Shown here piece by piece: positions 1 through 15,786 of a stretch of 64,000 nucleotides of DNA (the first letter of the stretch is position 1; the number at the start of each line of letters is the position of its first letter). The stretch is taken from assembly GCA_046563655.1 (NCBI GenBank), contig CM102284.1, positions 6,076,001 to 6,140,000 of the forward strand, read 5' to 3'. This DNA comes from Yuukianura sp. NJ FZ-2021 (lineage: Eukaryota). Under the pieces are notes generated by a model, which saw only the letters and a list, made by a program, of their open reading frames with translations, was not told the origin of the DNA and ran no database searches. Made by a program: the position numbers and the translations under genes.

Positions 1-4513
<4,513 letters not shown>

Positions 4514-5240
4514 TCACATAAAGTTTGACTTAACTTATTCGACAAAGTTGTGCTGGAATGCCAAAGCTACAAGACTAAAGTTATGCGGAAGAGTGAACCT
4601 GAAGCGTTGTTCTGGTAGACTGGCCTTCGATGACTAAAACTAACCATTCCAACTCCACTTTTCTCTACCTACGTTTTCACCTCAACTTTCTCTTTTGTTC
4701 AGTTATTGATTAGACATTGCACGTTAGTTTAGTTTCGGCAGGAGAAACCCACCGTTCGTCAAGTTTTCAAAGGAGAGGCGCCTTTCATGTGGTTTAGTAG
4801 GCAAAGGAAAGCTTTTGTTCTTTTGTTCCCTGGTAGTATCGGATTTCTATCCCAAATCTTTTGTTAGTACGCACAAAAGAGAATAATCTGGAAAAGCATA
4901 AGCAAGCTTCCGATTTTTTTCTGAAAATTAATCCATACTCCACTACAACACTTAGACACAACAATCATTTGGATCGTTAATACTCAAATTTTGGGTGAAA
5001 TCATGCCCTGTCTAGCGTTAAATTTAAACCAAGGACCATTGAACCTTAATTTGATTTTGAGGTCAATACCTTTCAATAAAATTTTGGAAAAATATGTTTT
5101 TAGGTACAAAAGCTGGAGATAGAAGAGAGTTAATTAACTAATGAAATTGTAGTAATTAATTAAACAGTGAGTGACGGCACTAATTAACCACTATAAGTTA
5201 AGTAATTAATTAACAATTTTATAGTAAAGTATTAATTATT

Positions 5241-5585
5241 TATTTCCAATGCTAATACGCCGTTCAAAACATAAACTAGTTCACAGTAGGTGGACAGTAA
5301 GTGTCGGTTCCTAAAAAGTCACAGTGTGATCTGTTTTGAATTTTTTCTGTCGTGCAGACTGCTGTCCAAAAAGTGAACCCTCGATTTTGGCCGGATGCTA
5401 TGCGGAGATTATGCGGAACAAAAAGGTTCTCGTCTTTTTTCAACTTTTTTGTGACGTCACTCACTCTGACTTTGTGACGTCACTTATCTTATCTCGCATT
5501 CCCTTACATGACATTCCCTTTTTTTTAGCGTTGAAGAAAATAATTTATTTTTATGTGGCGTCTGGCTGTAGCAATGAAATTTCCA
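5241..5585. mobile_element. ~330-bp non-autonomous interspersed element, copy 1 (MITE or Helentron-HINE-like)
   Basis: Alignable end to end with 12179-12518 and 22545-22869. Imperfect terminal inversion tgcta..acgcc / ggcgt..tagca. Internal GTGACGTCAC at 5451-5460 and 5474-5483. Confidence 0.85.
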
Positions 5586-6109
5586 ATTCTGTTTCGGTTT
5601 GATTTTAAAAAATATAAAACTTGGAGTCAAATCTTATAACTTACTTAGCTTCCTTTATGTTTTAATTGTGTTAAAACGTAACTATTGAAAAAATGACTTT
5701 CCAAAATTGATTAAGTTGCTTTAATTAAGTTATTAATAATTTGAACTTGGCTAACGTAAAGTTATCAAAACTCGTGTTAAATTTTGGACACGGGTGCTTG
5801 AAATAGAAATAAATCGCATGACGCTGAATCAAGGAAAACTGAATTTTTCTGATGCGTCAACTGCGGTTTGAATTTTTTCTATTAAAACCATGCGACAATT
5901 CAAGTTTAAATTCCAAGAGTTTTAGTAAAGTTAGTATTTGGGTAACTTTGGTTTTAGCAGTGGCGCCGTTAGTTTTGCATTAAGTGTAACCGTGTTTTTA
6001 CAAACTAAAGCAAAATTTAGTTTTAATTTAGAAAGTTAGTAAGGGTAAAGGAGAAAGTCGATGAAGAGAAAGTCGGATTCATTTTGGAGAAACAGAGAAA
6101 CTCTGCGAA

Positions 6110-6780
6110 ATGGCGACATTTCTCCAGTTCGTTATGCTCGTCACCATTGTCGTCCTCTGTTTAGCTGCCCTTAGATTTGTAAGCTTTTCTTAAAATTTTG
6201 TTAAAACATTCTAAAATTTTTATACTTATTTTCACAATTTTAAACTTTTTTTTTGTGTGCAGATCATTTACCTCTACTCTCTCTGGAGCTACGATCCGAA
6301 TAAACGTGAGTGAAGATTCGAATTTTCAAAGTTTTCGAATTTCAGTTACGATTTCTCAAATTCAGAATATACTAGGTTAAATTTTAGTCAATTGAAAATT
6401 GTCATTCGTATGCATTCGATTATATTGTAGGCAGGGCACGCCGAGAACGATTTGCCAGTGACTTCTCCGCTGCTGCGTTGCCGTTGACTGACAACACAGA
6501 AGGGTTTCGTCGCAACTCTTCTGCAGGAGTCCTCGGCGTACCGCCGTCACTGACCAATCAGATGCCAGTGCTTGTTCAAGTCCACCGCGATTCTATTGGA
6601 GGTCAAAGGATTGTCAAGTACAGTCAAGCCAAACGCAGTTCCGAACCGATACTTCGGTTGTCAGTTGTGTCATGCGCAGCACCTTCTCCATCTTCACCAA
6701 CCGCTCCACCCTACGACTCTTGCGATGATTTGCCTCCTCCGTATGAACAAGCATGTGCTTCAGCAGTACATCACGTCTAA
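6110..6780 (+). CDS. Small single-pass membrane protein with PTAP and PPxY motifs (Nedd4/ESCRT adaptor-like)
   Basis: Exons 6110-6178, 6263-6305, 6431-6780 join in frame: MATFLQFVMLVTIVVLCLAALRFIIYLYSLWSYDPNKRRARRE...SPTAPPYDSCDDLPPPYEQA..HHV*. Hydrophobic N-terminus followed by a basic stop-transfer stretch. Confidence 0.8.
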
Positions 6781-7111
6781 GCAGGAGCATGATGACAGCG
6801 TCACTTCTAAGAACTGGACGTCATGAACTAATTAGTTGTAGAAAAAATTAAATTAGAAAAAATGTTCATCAAAATGCGCACTATTGCTTGTCATTACTAA
6901 CGTCAAAAACTGTTTCTGCGGTTTTCCTTCCGTCCGACTCATCATTCAACCTTTTTCATTAGTAAAACAATAAAAAGTTAACTTTGAACCTTAGTTTTTA
7001 ATTTAGCTTGGACTTTATTTAGTTTGAGGCTTTTTGAAGTTTTGAAATTCTAAGTTTTTGAAAAGTTTTTCCAAAAGAGAAAATCAGTTTGTGTTCAAAT
7101 CACTTTTCAGA

Positions 7112-7834
7112 ATGATCGACGGAGTTGTAGTTTTCTTCGTCAGCTTAATTCTGAGTTTCGTATTTGTGCTTTTGGTAAGATTCAAATTCTAAGATAAATT
7201 TCCAACTGCATTTTCAGTTCCTGAATTCAATTTTTTTTTCAAAATTTTATCTGATTTTTCCCCTTAGATTGCATTTATTTGCAAAGCCCTCTGGGCCAAA
7301 ATTAAAAATAGTCAGCGTAAGTGCTTCGTTTTTCAGTTTTAGACAAATTTTTCAATAGTTTGACTTTTGTGTTTGTATTTCAAAGGTCACGTCAAAAGTT
7401 GGTTGCCTCTGGCTATTCCTACTGGGACAGTTGGCCATGGAGCGTCAACTGAGAGAATATTCACCCCTGATGACGCCATGCTCATCATGCCGGACGAGGT
7501 CAATGGCTCTTCAAATGCCGTCAATAACGTCGTGAAGTCAACTGACGCTGGAGTTGATAGTGAGAAATACGTCAAGACGCTTGAGGGCTACGACAATCAT
7601 GTTCGTAGGGAAAGCAATACTGAACGGATCGATCACTCCAGCTATCAAGCTACTAGAGACAGTTTTCTAGAGTTTACGAACAGGGATACATGGAACGGGT
7701 CGTTTGACAACAGCGACGTTGTCGCTTTTCGAAGGGAAGAATATGGCGACATTTATCCGGAAGCTCATGTCACCAGTGGCAGTCCTAGTCAATCAGCCAT
7801 CATCTCTTCCACAAACGAAACAGTCACCATTTAG
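7112..7834 (+). CDS. Small single-pass membrane protein with Tyr-containing cytoplasmic tail
   Basis: Exons 7112-7174, 7268-7316, 7386-7834: MIDGVVVFFVSLILSFVFVLLIAFICKALWAKIKNSQRHVKSW...TVTI*. Same intron phases (0 then 1) as the gene at 6110. Confidence 0.75.
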
Positions 7835-8153
7835 ACTTCAAGACTTGACCAATTCTTGTGGTGACCCCGATGACCTTTATTCTAAATTTAGAAAATAAAG
7901 CAGCAACAGGGGTTTCCCATTTTGAAAAAAACGTCAGAAAAATTCTGGGAGAGGAAAAAACAGTTTTTGTGGTTTTGTTATTTCCTGCGTAGTTTTGGTC
8001 CAAAAAAATAAAGTTTGCTATTTTTTGCGTTTGCAATTTCCTTTTTTGGCAAACCCGACTAGGTTAAGCACAGATTCAATTTTTATCGGGTCTCTGTTCA
8101 TGAAATTCGAAATTTTAAAAGCAAAATTTCTCAAAAAAGTTACTTCAGAGTGC

Positions 8154-9056
8154 ATGTGTTTTGAATTTTTACTTCCTCCGTGGTTCCGCCAAATGTGGGG
8201 ACGTAAGTTTCGAAATTGAAATTCTAAAAAGTAAAGATTTGATAAATATTTTCGAAAAATTTTGAAATTCTTTTTTAAACTAGGCAAAAAGTATGAAATC
8301 ACAGTAAATCCAAATCGGAGAGCCTCCAGTTTCGTTCAAAAGACTCCAGCAGTGGACACTGGAGGTCAGCATACTGGACAGAGTAGCGCTGGAAGCGTCA
8401 TGACGCTGGGACGGAACCTGACCTTGGCAGGTCAAGGTCAAAATTACGATGGACTGCCAGACGAAGGTTCACGGCCACCAAGACCTCAACGGAATCCAGA
8501 AAACAGACGAAGTCAAAGTCTCACTAACGTATCACTGGAACCACTTGCATCCCCACCACCTTTGCCACCGCGTCGACGCATACCGCCGCGGTCAACATTT
8601 TTCAGACCTCTGCCTGGATTGGCTGGTGGAAGCGGTGCAGAACATCTCCAACATCCACCAAATTCAATTATTCCAGTTCTAGAACGAAATGCTGTCATGC
8701 GCAATTCCCGACTCATGCTTGAACAGCCATTTGTCTACTTTCGGTTTGACTCCGGAACCGGTACGTCTCAAAATGTGGCTCAATCGATGAATGTCGTTCC
8801 GATGTGGCTTGACGACCAACCACCTTCGTATGACGAAGCCATGCAAATGCAACCGGTTCCAACAGAAAATCCATCACCAGCCTTGATTCGACGTGAATTG
8901 GATACCGAACCGACTGAAACACACGAAACACAAACCGAACTTGTGGTACCGATGACTTTGCCCGAACCAGTACCGGAGTCGACGAATCATAACGAAAACA
9001 TAGAATTCAAAATGGAGAGAATCGTTGGCTCCTTCCGCAGAGAAACTTCAGTTTGA
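8154..9056 (+). CDS. Pro-rich protein with PPSY and PxxPxR motifs; N-terminus uncertain
   Basis: Exon 8154-8202 (MCFEFLLPPWFRQMWG) splices via gtaag..tag in phase 1 to exon 8284-9056, which contains SPPPLPPRRRIPPR and DDQPPSYDEAM. Confidence 0.7.
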
Positions 9057-9186
9057 ACAGTATATTTTTGAAATTACTGTTCAAAATTTTGAAAATATGA
9101 AATTTGTGAAATTTAATTACCGTAATTGCGTTTAATAAAAAGTGTATTGCAATTTTTTGCAATTGTTTTTATTTCGCACCGTGATT

Positions 9187-11384
9187 TTATTTTATTACAA
9201 TTGATTTGCTTTTCCATTCAGTTAATGAATTTAGTACTGGAGCGAAGCAGTACAATGTGCTGCCATGGTTCTTGGTTTTGTCCACTTCAAGATACGCTGG
9301 AGCTGGTGGGCGTTCTACGAAAGTAAATGAACTTGAAATTTTTGCTTTTTTCAAAATTTTGAAATGAAATCTTACGATCTGGAATCATTTCCATCGACCC
9401 ATCAGGTCTAATCCAGGCCCACTTTAATCCTTGTGCAAAAAAGAACGAATTCGCGTGACAGCTTACAAAAAGGATTCCAGTTTTTGGTGAATTTTCGACG
9501 TAGATGTTCAAAACTTGAGTAACTGAGGGCATTTTCGTAAAATTTGTAACTGAAAATGGTAAAAACGTTCCAATTAAGCATTTTTCGAAAACTTTGAAAA
9601 ACTTTGAATTTCTTGGAAAAAACTTACTCAGGGCATTTTGCTCTTTAGAAAAGTAAAAATACTTGGCTGATTCTCGAACAGCACAACGCAGCATTCCGCT
9701 TTCGTCGTGTTCCTCGCTCATTTCATAAGCTACGCAACTTTGTCCTACGTTAACGACGTGCTGCTCACAGTTTGTACTTCCGCTGGACACACATTTTTTG
9801 GCATCCAAGTACTTGCGGCGCATGTCACAGTCGGGGATGGAACTGCAGCCAAGGCTGGTTAATGTCGGGCGTTCATTGGTTCCCGAACAACACAAAAGTC
9901 TGTTGTTCTCTTCATCTGTGACAAGGTGAATACCCGGGTTTTCTGCTTCGGTACAAAAAACGGTTATACAAAAGTCAATTTTAACACATTTTTCAAAAAA
10001 CTGAATTTTTTTAACAAAGTTATTGAAATTTGATTTACTTGTGCTCAGACTTTCAAATTCCGCTAAGTTTGAACTCTGTAACTCCTCTAAAATCAAAAAA
10101 TCAATTTAAAAATTGACCTTTGACCTTAACGTTCAAGCCAAACTTACTTTTTGGTTGTGGCCCCTTGACTTCAATGTTCAAAACTTCTCCATTTTCTTCT
10201 GTTTCTCCAATACAGATATAGCTGACCCATGGGTCAACAAATGCGTGCCACTGCATTTGAAACCCAATTTTGGGGTCAAAGGTCAAGTGTCTCCCAGTAT
10301 GCAGTACTTCAACTCCCTGTATAATAAAATGAATTTTGAAATACTCATTTTCCTTCAGTTTTCAAAGTTTCGATTTTCAAAGTCGTCATTTAGTACCTCA
10401 GTCGAATGTTTTTTGAGCAGAATGACCCGGGCATCAGAGTCTGTCACGGCGCAGGGCAGGGTCAACCAGGGTTCATCTTCAGAGGCCACAACTGTATGTA
10501 CTTCCTCCACGTCTGCTATGAATACTCCACTTCCTACGAATTTCAAAATTCAAAAAAAGAATGTCAAATTTCCAAAATTTCCAAATTGTTCAAAAAGTGT
10601 TACCTGGGACAAACAGGTAGAGGAACGTTTCCAAATCTTGAGCATTTGGATCTGTACTGCGACAAGTGTAGTTTCCTGTTTGCTGTTCTGTCGTATGCGT
10701 GAATAGCACCGTAGCTTGATACGTGTACGTTGCTTTATCAAAAAAATCTCCGACAATTCGGTGCGTTTGAATGTGGACCGGTGGAGCCTGAATTTTCAAG
10801 AAAAAGTAAAAAAAAAAAAAAATTTTTTTTTGGAATTTGTGTCATGACTTGACGCCGTTCTAGTAAAAATCACTCAAAAAAGGCATAAGATTTATTATTT
10901 TCTTTAGATGCGTATCCCTGTCATAACTGTTTTGTTTATTGCATTGTTATCACAATTAAATATATTAATTAAATACCATAATTATAAATTATAATATATA
11001 AATATTATGTATAACCGTACTAAAATTGGAAAAAATACTCACCCCAACGCCACTGTAAACCCACTGTACAGGATAAGTTGCATTGCATTCAAGTTGAATC
11101 GAGTGACCTTCCCAGTTATGATCTTCAAACCTTAAAACTGGAAGTGTGGCTTCGCTATTTCCAACTTCCGTAATAATTTTGACTACATCTCCCCTATAAT
11201 TTTTTCGGTACGCTCCCACGGTGGGACTTTGCCTTCGGTGGGGCAGCTCCACCAAAACCTCTTTGACAAGCTTATTTGGCCTAAGTATGTGCGTTGACCC
11301 GGGAATGACCAAGGTCAAGACGACAGCCAATAGCAGCAGCAGTGTCATTGTGGTCAAAAGTATTCCTTTTCTTTTAACTAGCAT
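9187..11384 (-). CDS. Secreted multi-Ig-domain protein resembling the PDGF/VEGF receptor (PVR) ectodomain; no TM, no kinase
   Basis: Exons 11043-11384 (signal peptide, LECNATYPVQW), 10604-10787 (GNYTC..YLFVP), 10397-10533 (LPCAVTD), 10148-10316 (FDPKIGF..SYICIG), about 10040-10086, about 9627-9945, 9376-about 9550 (SCHANSF..LKW), 9187-9314 (..LYCFAP..SIVIK*). LPCxVTD / FDPKxGF / YIC match PDGFR/VEGFR Ig domain 2. Confidence 0.75.
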
Positions 11385-12178
11385 ATCGACGACCTGGGAC
11401 TTCCAAAGTGTGGAAGTTTGAATCTTGTTTTCTAAAATAGTACTTAAAAAATGAAAGTGTTACTTGTGACACTTCGAATTTGAAATTGTGAGGATCCTGA
11501 GGAATAATTTTGAGGGTTTTAAAGGTCTCGTGCTCCAAGAATTTGAAAAGTTAGTCACCTGTAATAATATCCTTACCTCATTAAGTGCTAAAGGAAAAAT
11601 TTGAAGAATTTTGTACACTAGGAAATTTGAGAAGATCACGAGCTTCCAGTGTTGAGGGTTTTTGCACGCTTGGTGTGATTGGTTCTTAGGAACAACTGAT
11701 ATTGTTTAGAGAGTCTTTCAAGATTCAATCTACGTCAATCCAGTAGCATGAAAATCGTGACAAAACATTTAGAGTCTGTGAAATTTTTGAATTTCATGAT
11801 TCGATGTAGGAAATTGGAGGTAGGGTGGAAAATTATGTGAAATTTTGGTATTCATATGGTAATTGGACACTTAACTCGCACTTAATTTTCTACACTTTAC
11901 AGTAGTCAAGTGATAATGTTGGCTCTGATGGAAGGTTTTAGGAACTGAACACGATGTTTTATTACAGTTACATGTAAACAGTTCGCAACTTTTGTTTACC
12001 GTTACAATGAAATCCACATTTTTTTTCAATAAGTTTTGCTGTCTTTTGAATTCTTATTACACAAATCCGACAAAAACCAAATGTTTACGAAAATGATGCC
12101 CAAATTCTGGCCAAATTTTGAATTTCAAAGAAAATTATAAATTCTTCGTCAAAACAAGATTCCCATTTAATAATTTTT

Positions 12179-12518
12179 TATTTGCAATGCTGGTGCGCCA
12201 TTCAAAACATAAACTAGTTCAGAATAGGTAAACAGTGAACGACGGTTGCTACAAAGTAACAGTGTGATGTGCGTTGATTTTTGCGTGTCGTGCAGACTGC
12301 TATCTAAAAAGTGGACCCTCGATTTTGGCCGGATGCTATGCGGGGATTCTGCGGAGCAAAAAGGTTCTCGCCTTTTTTCAACTTTTTTTGTGACGCCGCT
12401 TACCTAAACTTTGTGACGTCACTTATCGCATTCCCTCATTCGATATTTCCGTTCTTTTTAACATTGAAGAAAATAATTTATTTTTATGTGGCGTCTGGCT
12501 GTAGCAATGACATTTCCA
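12179..12518. mobile_element. ~330-bp interspersed element, copy 2
   Basis: Highly similar to 5241-5585 (shared gtcgtgcagactgct, ccctcgattttggccggatgctatgcgg, gtggcgtctggctgtagcaatga). First palindrome degenerate; second intact at 12413-12422. Confidence 0.85.
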
Positions 12519-12770
12519 GTCTCGCTTCAAGTTTTTGAAACAAGCAAATAAGCAATACAAATTTTTTATAGCACAGTAAGGGTGAGGTTTTTATGAAATT
12601 TTTTATTTGCAATTTATTGTATAACTTACGTCATAAAATTTACTAACAATGTTAACATTTAAGTTAACGTAACGGACTAACGGTATTCACAATTTACGGT
12701 AACAGTAAATTCCAACAGTTTTTAGAAAGTAACGGCATTTTCCCAGGACCATTTGAAATGTTTTACTTTT

Positions 12771-13235
12771 TTAACTTTCCTCGAAAGCACTTGGTGGAAA
12801 AATCATTCTCAAAAACGGAATTCGATAAGCACAAAATTTCCAAAAGAAAAAGCGAATACTTGGACACGGTTTTTCCGTCTTTTTGTCTAAAGTTTCCACT
12901 TTTCTACTAACATTTCTGCGATCAATTTCTGTTCCATTTGAATCGTAACTGATAATCTGTTCCAAAATTGTCACTGGCGGAGGTGTACTTGTTGTGGTCC
13001 AATACGGAATTCTATTCAACTTCCGAGTTGATTTTGGATGCTTTTTAATTGCATAGTATCGTGCTGATGGAACTTCGTCGTCCAGAACTACAATTGGTGT
13101 AGATGAAGTCAGGAGTCGTGAGGTCACCAAGGTCAAGTTCACCTGATCTTCTCCACGAACTAATTCAATCAACTTGAGAACCAAAATCAATTGAAACAGT
13201 GGAATCAACAATCCAAAAATTTTCCTGGGACGCAT
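12771..13235 (-). CDS. Single-exon secreted orphan protein with C-terminal Cys-loop CPSIRFFFWKFC
   Basis: 154-aa ORF from ATG 13235: MRPRKIFGLLIPLFQLILVLKLIELVRG (signal-peptide-like), Thr/Pro-rich middle, dibasic sites RR, RK, KK, then its only two Cys. Confidence 0.65.
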   Translation of the reverse strand: MRPRKIFGLLIPLFQLILVLKLIELVRGEDQVNLTLVTSRLLTSSTPIVVLDDEVPSARYYAIKKHPKSTRKLNRIPYWTTTSTPPPVTILEQIISYDSNGTEIDRRNVSRKVETLDKKTEKPCPSIRFFFWKFCAYRIPFLRMIFPPSAFEES

Positions 13236-13471
13236 GGCGTGACTGTGCTCTGGGTCACTGACACTGACTGGCACTCTACAAGTTAAAAGTAGCAACTGCC
13301 TAACTAAAACACAAATTTTACCTAGTTCCATTTTAAATTTAACTGTTAAAATTACAGTTTTCCTTTTGCAAATTTAACATAATTAACATTTAGAAGTAGT
13401 TTGACACAGTTTAGGGTAACTAAATAGTTAAAGTTATTTTAAAATATTGCCTGAAAGTGGAGCAATTTCAT

Positions 13472-14090
13472 TTACCAAAATGTGTCTCCTAGAAAATGTA
13501 TCGCGTCTAAAGCCAAGTTTGCAACATAAACCAAATTACGTCCGGAACTTGAGTAATCGTTTTTCAAAAATGGAAGACTTGAGACAAGATTCTGAAATTC
13601 AGCAGTATCTTGACCTCTTGACATTTTAATTCCAGAGGAAGTTGACCTTCCAGAAGCTCCGCCTTCATAAAAGCTAGCGTACAACCAAATGAAAATGGCT
13701 GCCCATATGAATCCAACTGCGCTTGCAATAATTAGTTGCACAATTGGAAGCCCCGATACCATCGTTGTCGTTGAACATGAAACACAACCCTGAAAAAAAC
13801 ATAACGAAAACGAAACATTTTTAAATTAAATTTTGTAAAAAGTGATTCGAGCAGGCATAAAATTTGGAAACTGTTACCGGACAAAGTCTTTGTTCATTTT
13901 GACCAATTACAATTTTTTGCTCGTCCTTGTTGCTGTCGGACGCAAACGCAATATTTGCCAAAGCCAATAACTTTTGACCTGTTGACCTCGACTTTTCGGA
14001 GGTCACTAGAGACGTAGATGCTGCTGTTGCGATACACAATTGAAATAGTAGGAGAAATGACAGGGATCTGGTGAAAATTGCAACAAGCAT
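13472..14090 (-). CDS. Small signal-peptide plus TM orphan protein
   Basis: Exons 13878-14090 (MLVAIFTRSLSFLLLFQLCIATA..RLCP) and 13472-13789 (GCVSC..LPIVQLIIASAVGFIWAAIFIWLYASFY..GGASGRS..FW*) join in phase 0 via GT-AG. Confidence 0.7.
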
Positions 14091-14690
14091 TGCAAATTTT
14101 GTTTCAAAATTTGGAAGAATTTGAAACTTCTTATTAGTTCGAATTTGTAAAGTGGACCAGTGCCAAGCGACTGCGGATTTTTAAGTGTAACGGAGAACTA
14201 TTGTATGACTGTTTGAAATATGAGAAGGAATTCGTAATTTTCTGTTACAGTTATGGTTAAAATTTAAAATAATTTGAAGATTTAAGTTCAAAATTTTGAA
14301 AGCTTATTGTTTTAGGATTTTTTTTGTCTTCATAACGGAGTGATGCCAAAACTAACGCCACATTCCTCACATTCCACAACATTCGCCGTGGAAAAAAAAA
14401 ATGCGGCGCGAAATTTTCAAATTCGGAATTTCAACCAAAATCGAAATTTTTGACAAAACTGAAAAAGAAAAGGGAATTTTCTTTTTCTTATCGTTCTCGC
14501 TTTGTGTTTAGTCTTATCTTGTAACGTTTGTCTTGTCAAGTCATCAGTTTTTTCAGTCACTCTCATCTCAGTGGGAACTTTTATGCTCGTAATCTCCTGT
14601 TCCTGTTTGATTTCATTTGACTTGAAATACTTAAATTAGCATTAATTGACAACGTGGTGCACCTCTTCCTTGGACTACTTGAACGATACA

Positions 14691-15628
14691 ATGACAACGT
14701 TGAAGATCACTATCAACAACAATATGGCATCCACTGCTCCGGCCGAGATAGGGTCGTACGACGATTCTTCGGAGCATACTCAGCTCCAGCAAGTGAGTGT
14801 TTAACGGCATTCTCTGTCAGCCATCTTTTCTCGTAACGTCATAGTATAGTCAAAAACTGATTTCAAATGTCGTTTTTCACTTTTTTAGAAACTCCGCAGG
14901 AAGCAGGAAGCCCTTGTTGGAACCATATTGAAAAAAGCGGTAAGGGGATTTTTGTTCAAGTTCAAGCTCGATAATGTCTGTCAGACTCGTCTGAAATATT
15001 AGTAGGTAACTGTAATTATATTGTAAGTGTCTCTAATGAATTTGTGTTTTAGAATGAAATCCAGTCAATGCTTGATGACCTTTGCCAAGGAGAAAATGCA
15101 ACTACCGATAACTCAAGAGACGGTGGCCTTAAAACGCAGCCGAACGTTCAGTATAACAAACTTAGAGATATTTGATTACAGCTGAATTCGAATTGTTAAA
15201 AAACATGATCTAATAGATGATTTGTATAGACGACTGGGTACTGGAGAATTGACATCTGATCAACTTGTTCATATTTTTGGACCAAATGGAGCCGGACGGG
15301 CTTTCGACAAATACGTAAACATGACGGATCCAAGTGAGTTTTGTTTAACTACTACTACTATTTTAAAAAGTGACTCAAAGGTCACGAAAGAACACAGTCT
15401 TTAAACGATTTCTATACAATTAATACATTTTCGAATTTTCTATCAGACACCGGGGTTGTGACGCGCCACAAGATTAAAGACTGGGCGTCTCTCCCTGGAG
15501 ATATGTTCCTGTGCAATGATGACTATTACAACGATTACGACAACTGTCGGACTGAAGCAGACATCGCTTATTATTTTGATCAGAAAAAGAATGAAAACGT
15601 AGGACCAGAAGTCTACGCTCGTCACTGA
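14691..15628 (+). CDS. Small five-exon orphan protein, possibly with degenerate EF-hands
   Basis: Exons 14691-14792, 14889-14939, 15053-15122 (weak donor), 15217-15333, 15448-15628 give an open frame including DLYRRLGTGELTSDQLVHIFG and RAFDKYVNMTDPNTGVVTRHKIKDWA. EF-hand resemblance is weak. Confidence 0.55.
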
Positions 15629-15786
15629 ACCAAGTAGTTTGTAGTTAAGATATTCCAATCAGCTAAATAGTAGTTTAATTTCACTCTTCAGCTTAAGTTT
15701 TTCTAGAAATCTACCTCATTTCCTTTGTTATTCCTTTGTCTGGACACTCTTTTTCATTCCACCTTAATTGATCACCACCAACTTAA

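Noticed and set aside
5320..5326. CACAGTG (RSS/Transib heptamer) in the 330-bp element
   Set aside because: Internal rather than terminal, no nonamer at 12 or 23 spacing, and mutated in copy 2.
5276..5602. Short ORFs in the 330-bp repeat copies (also 12311-12538 and 22565-22880)
   Set aside because: Frames are not preserved among copies and no domain is recognisable.
9287..10096. 269-aa ORF taken as a single exon
   Set aside because: It reads through AT-rich GT-AG introns, and the true last exon is in another frame.
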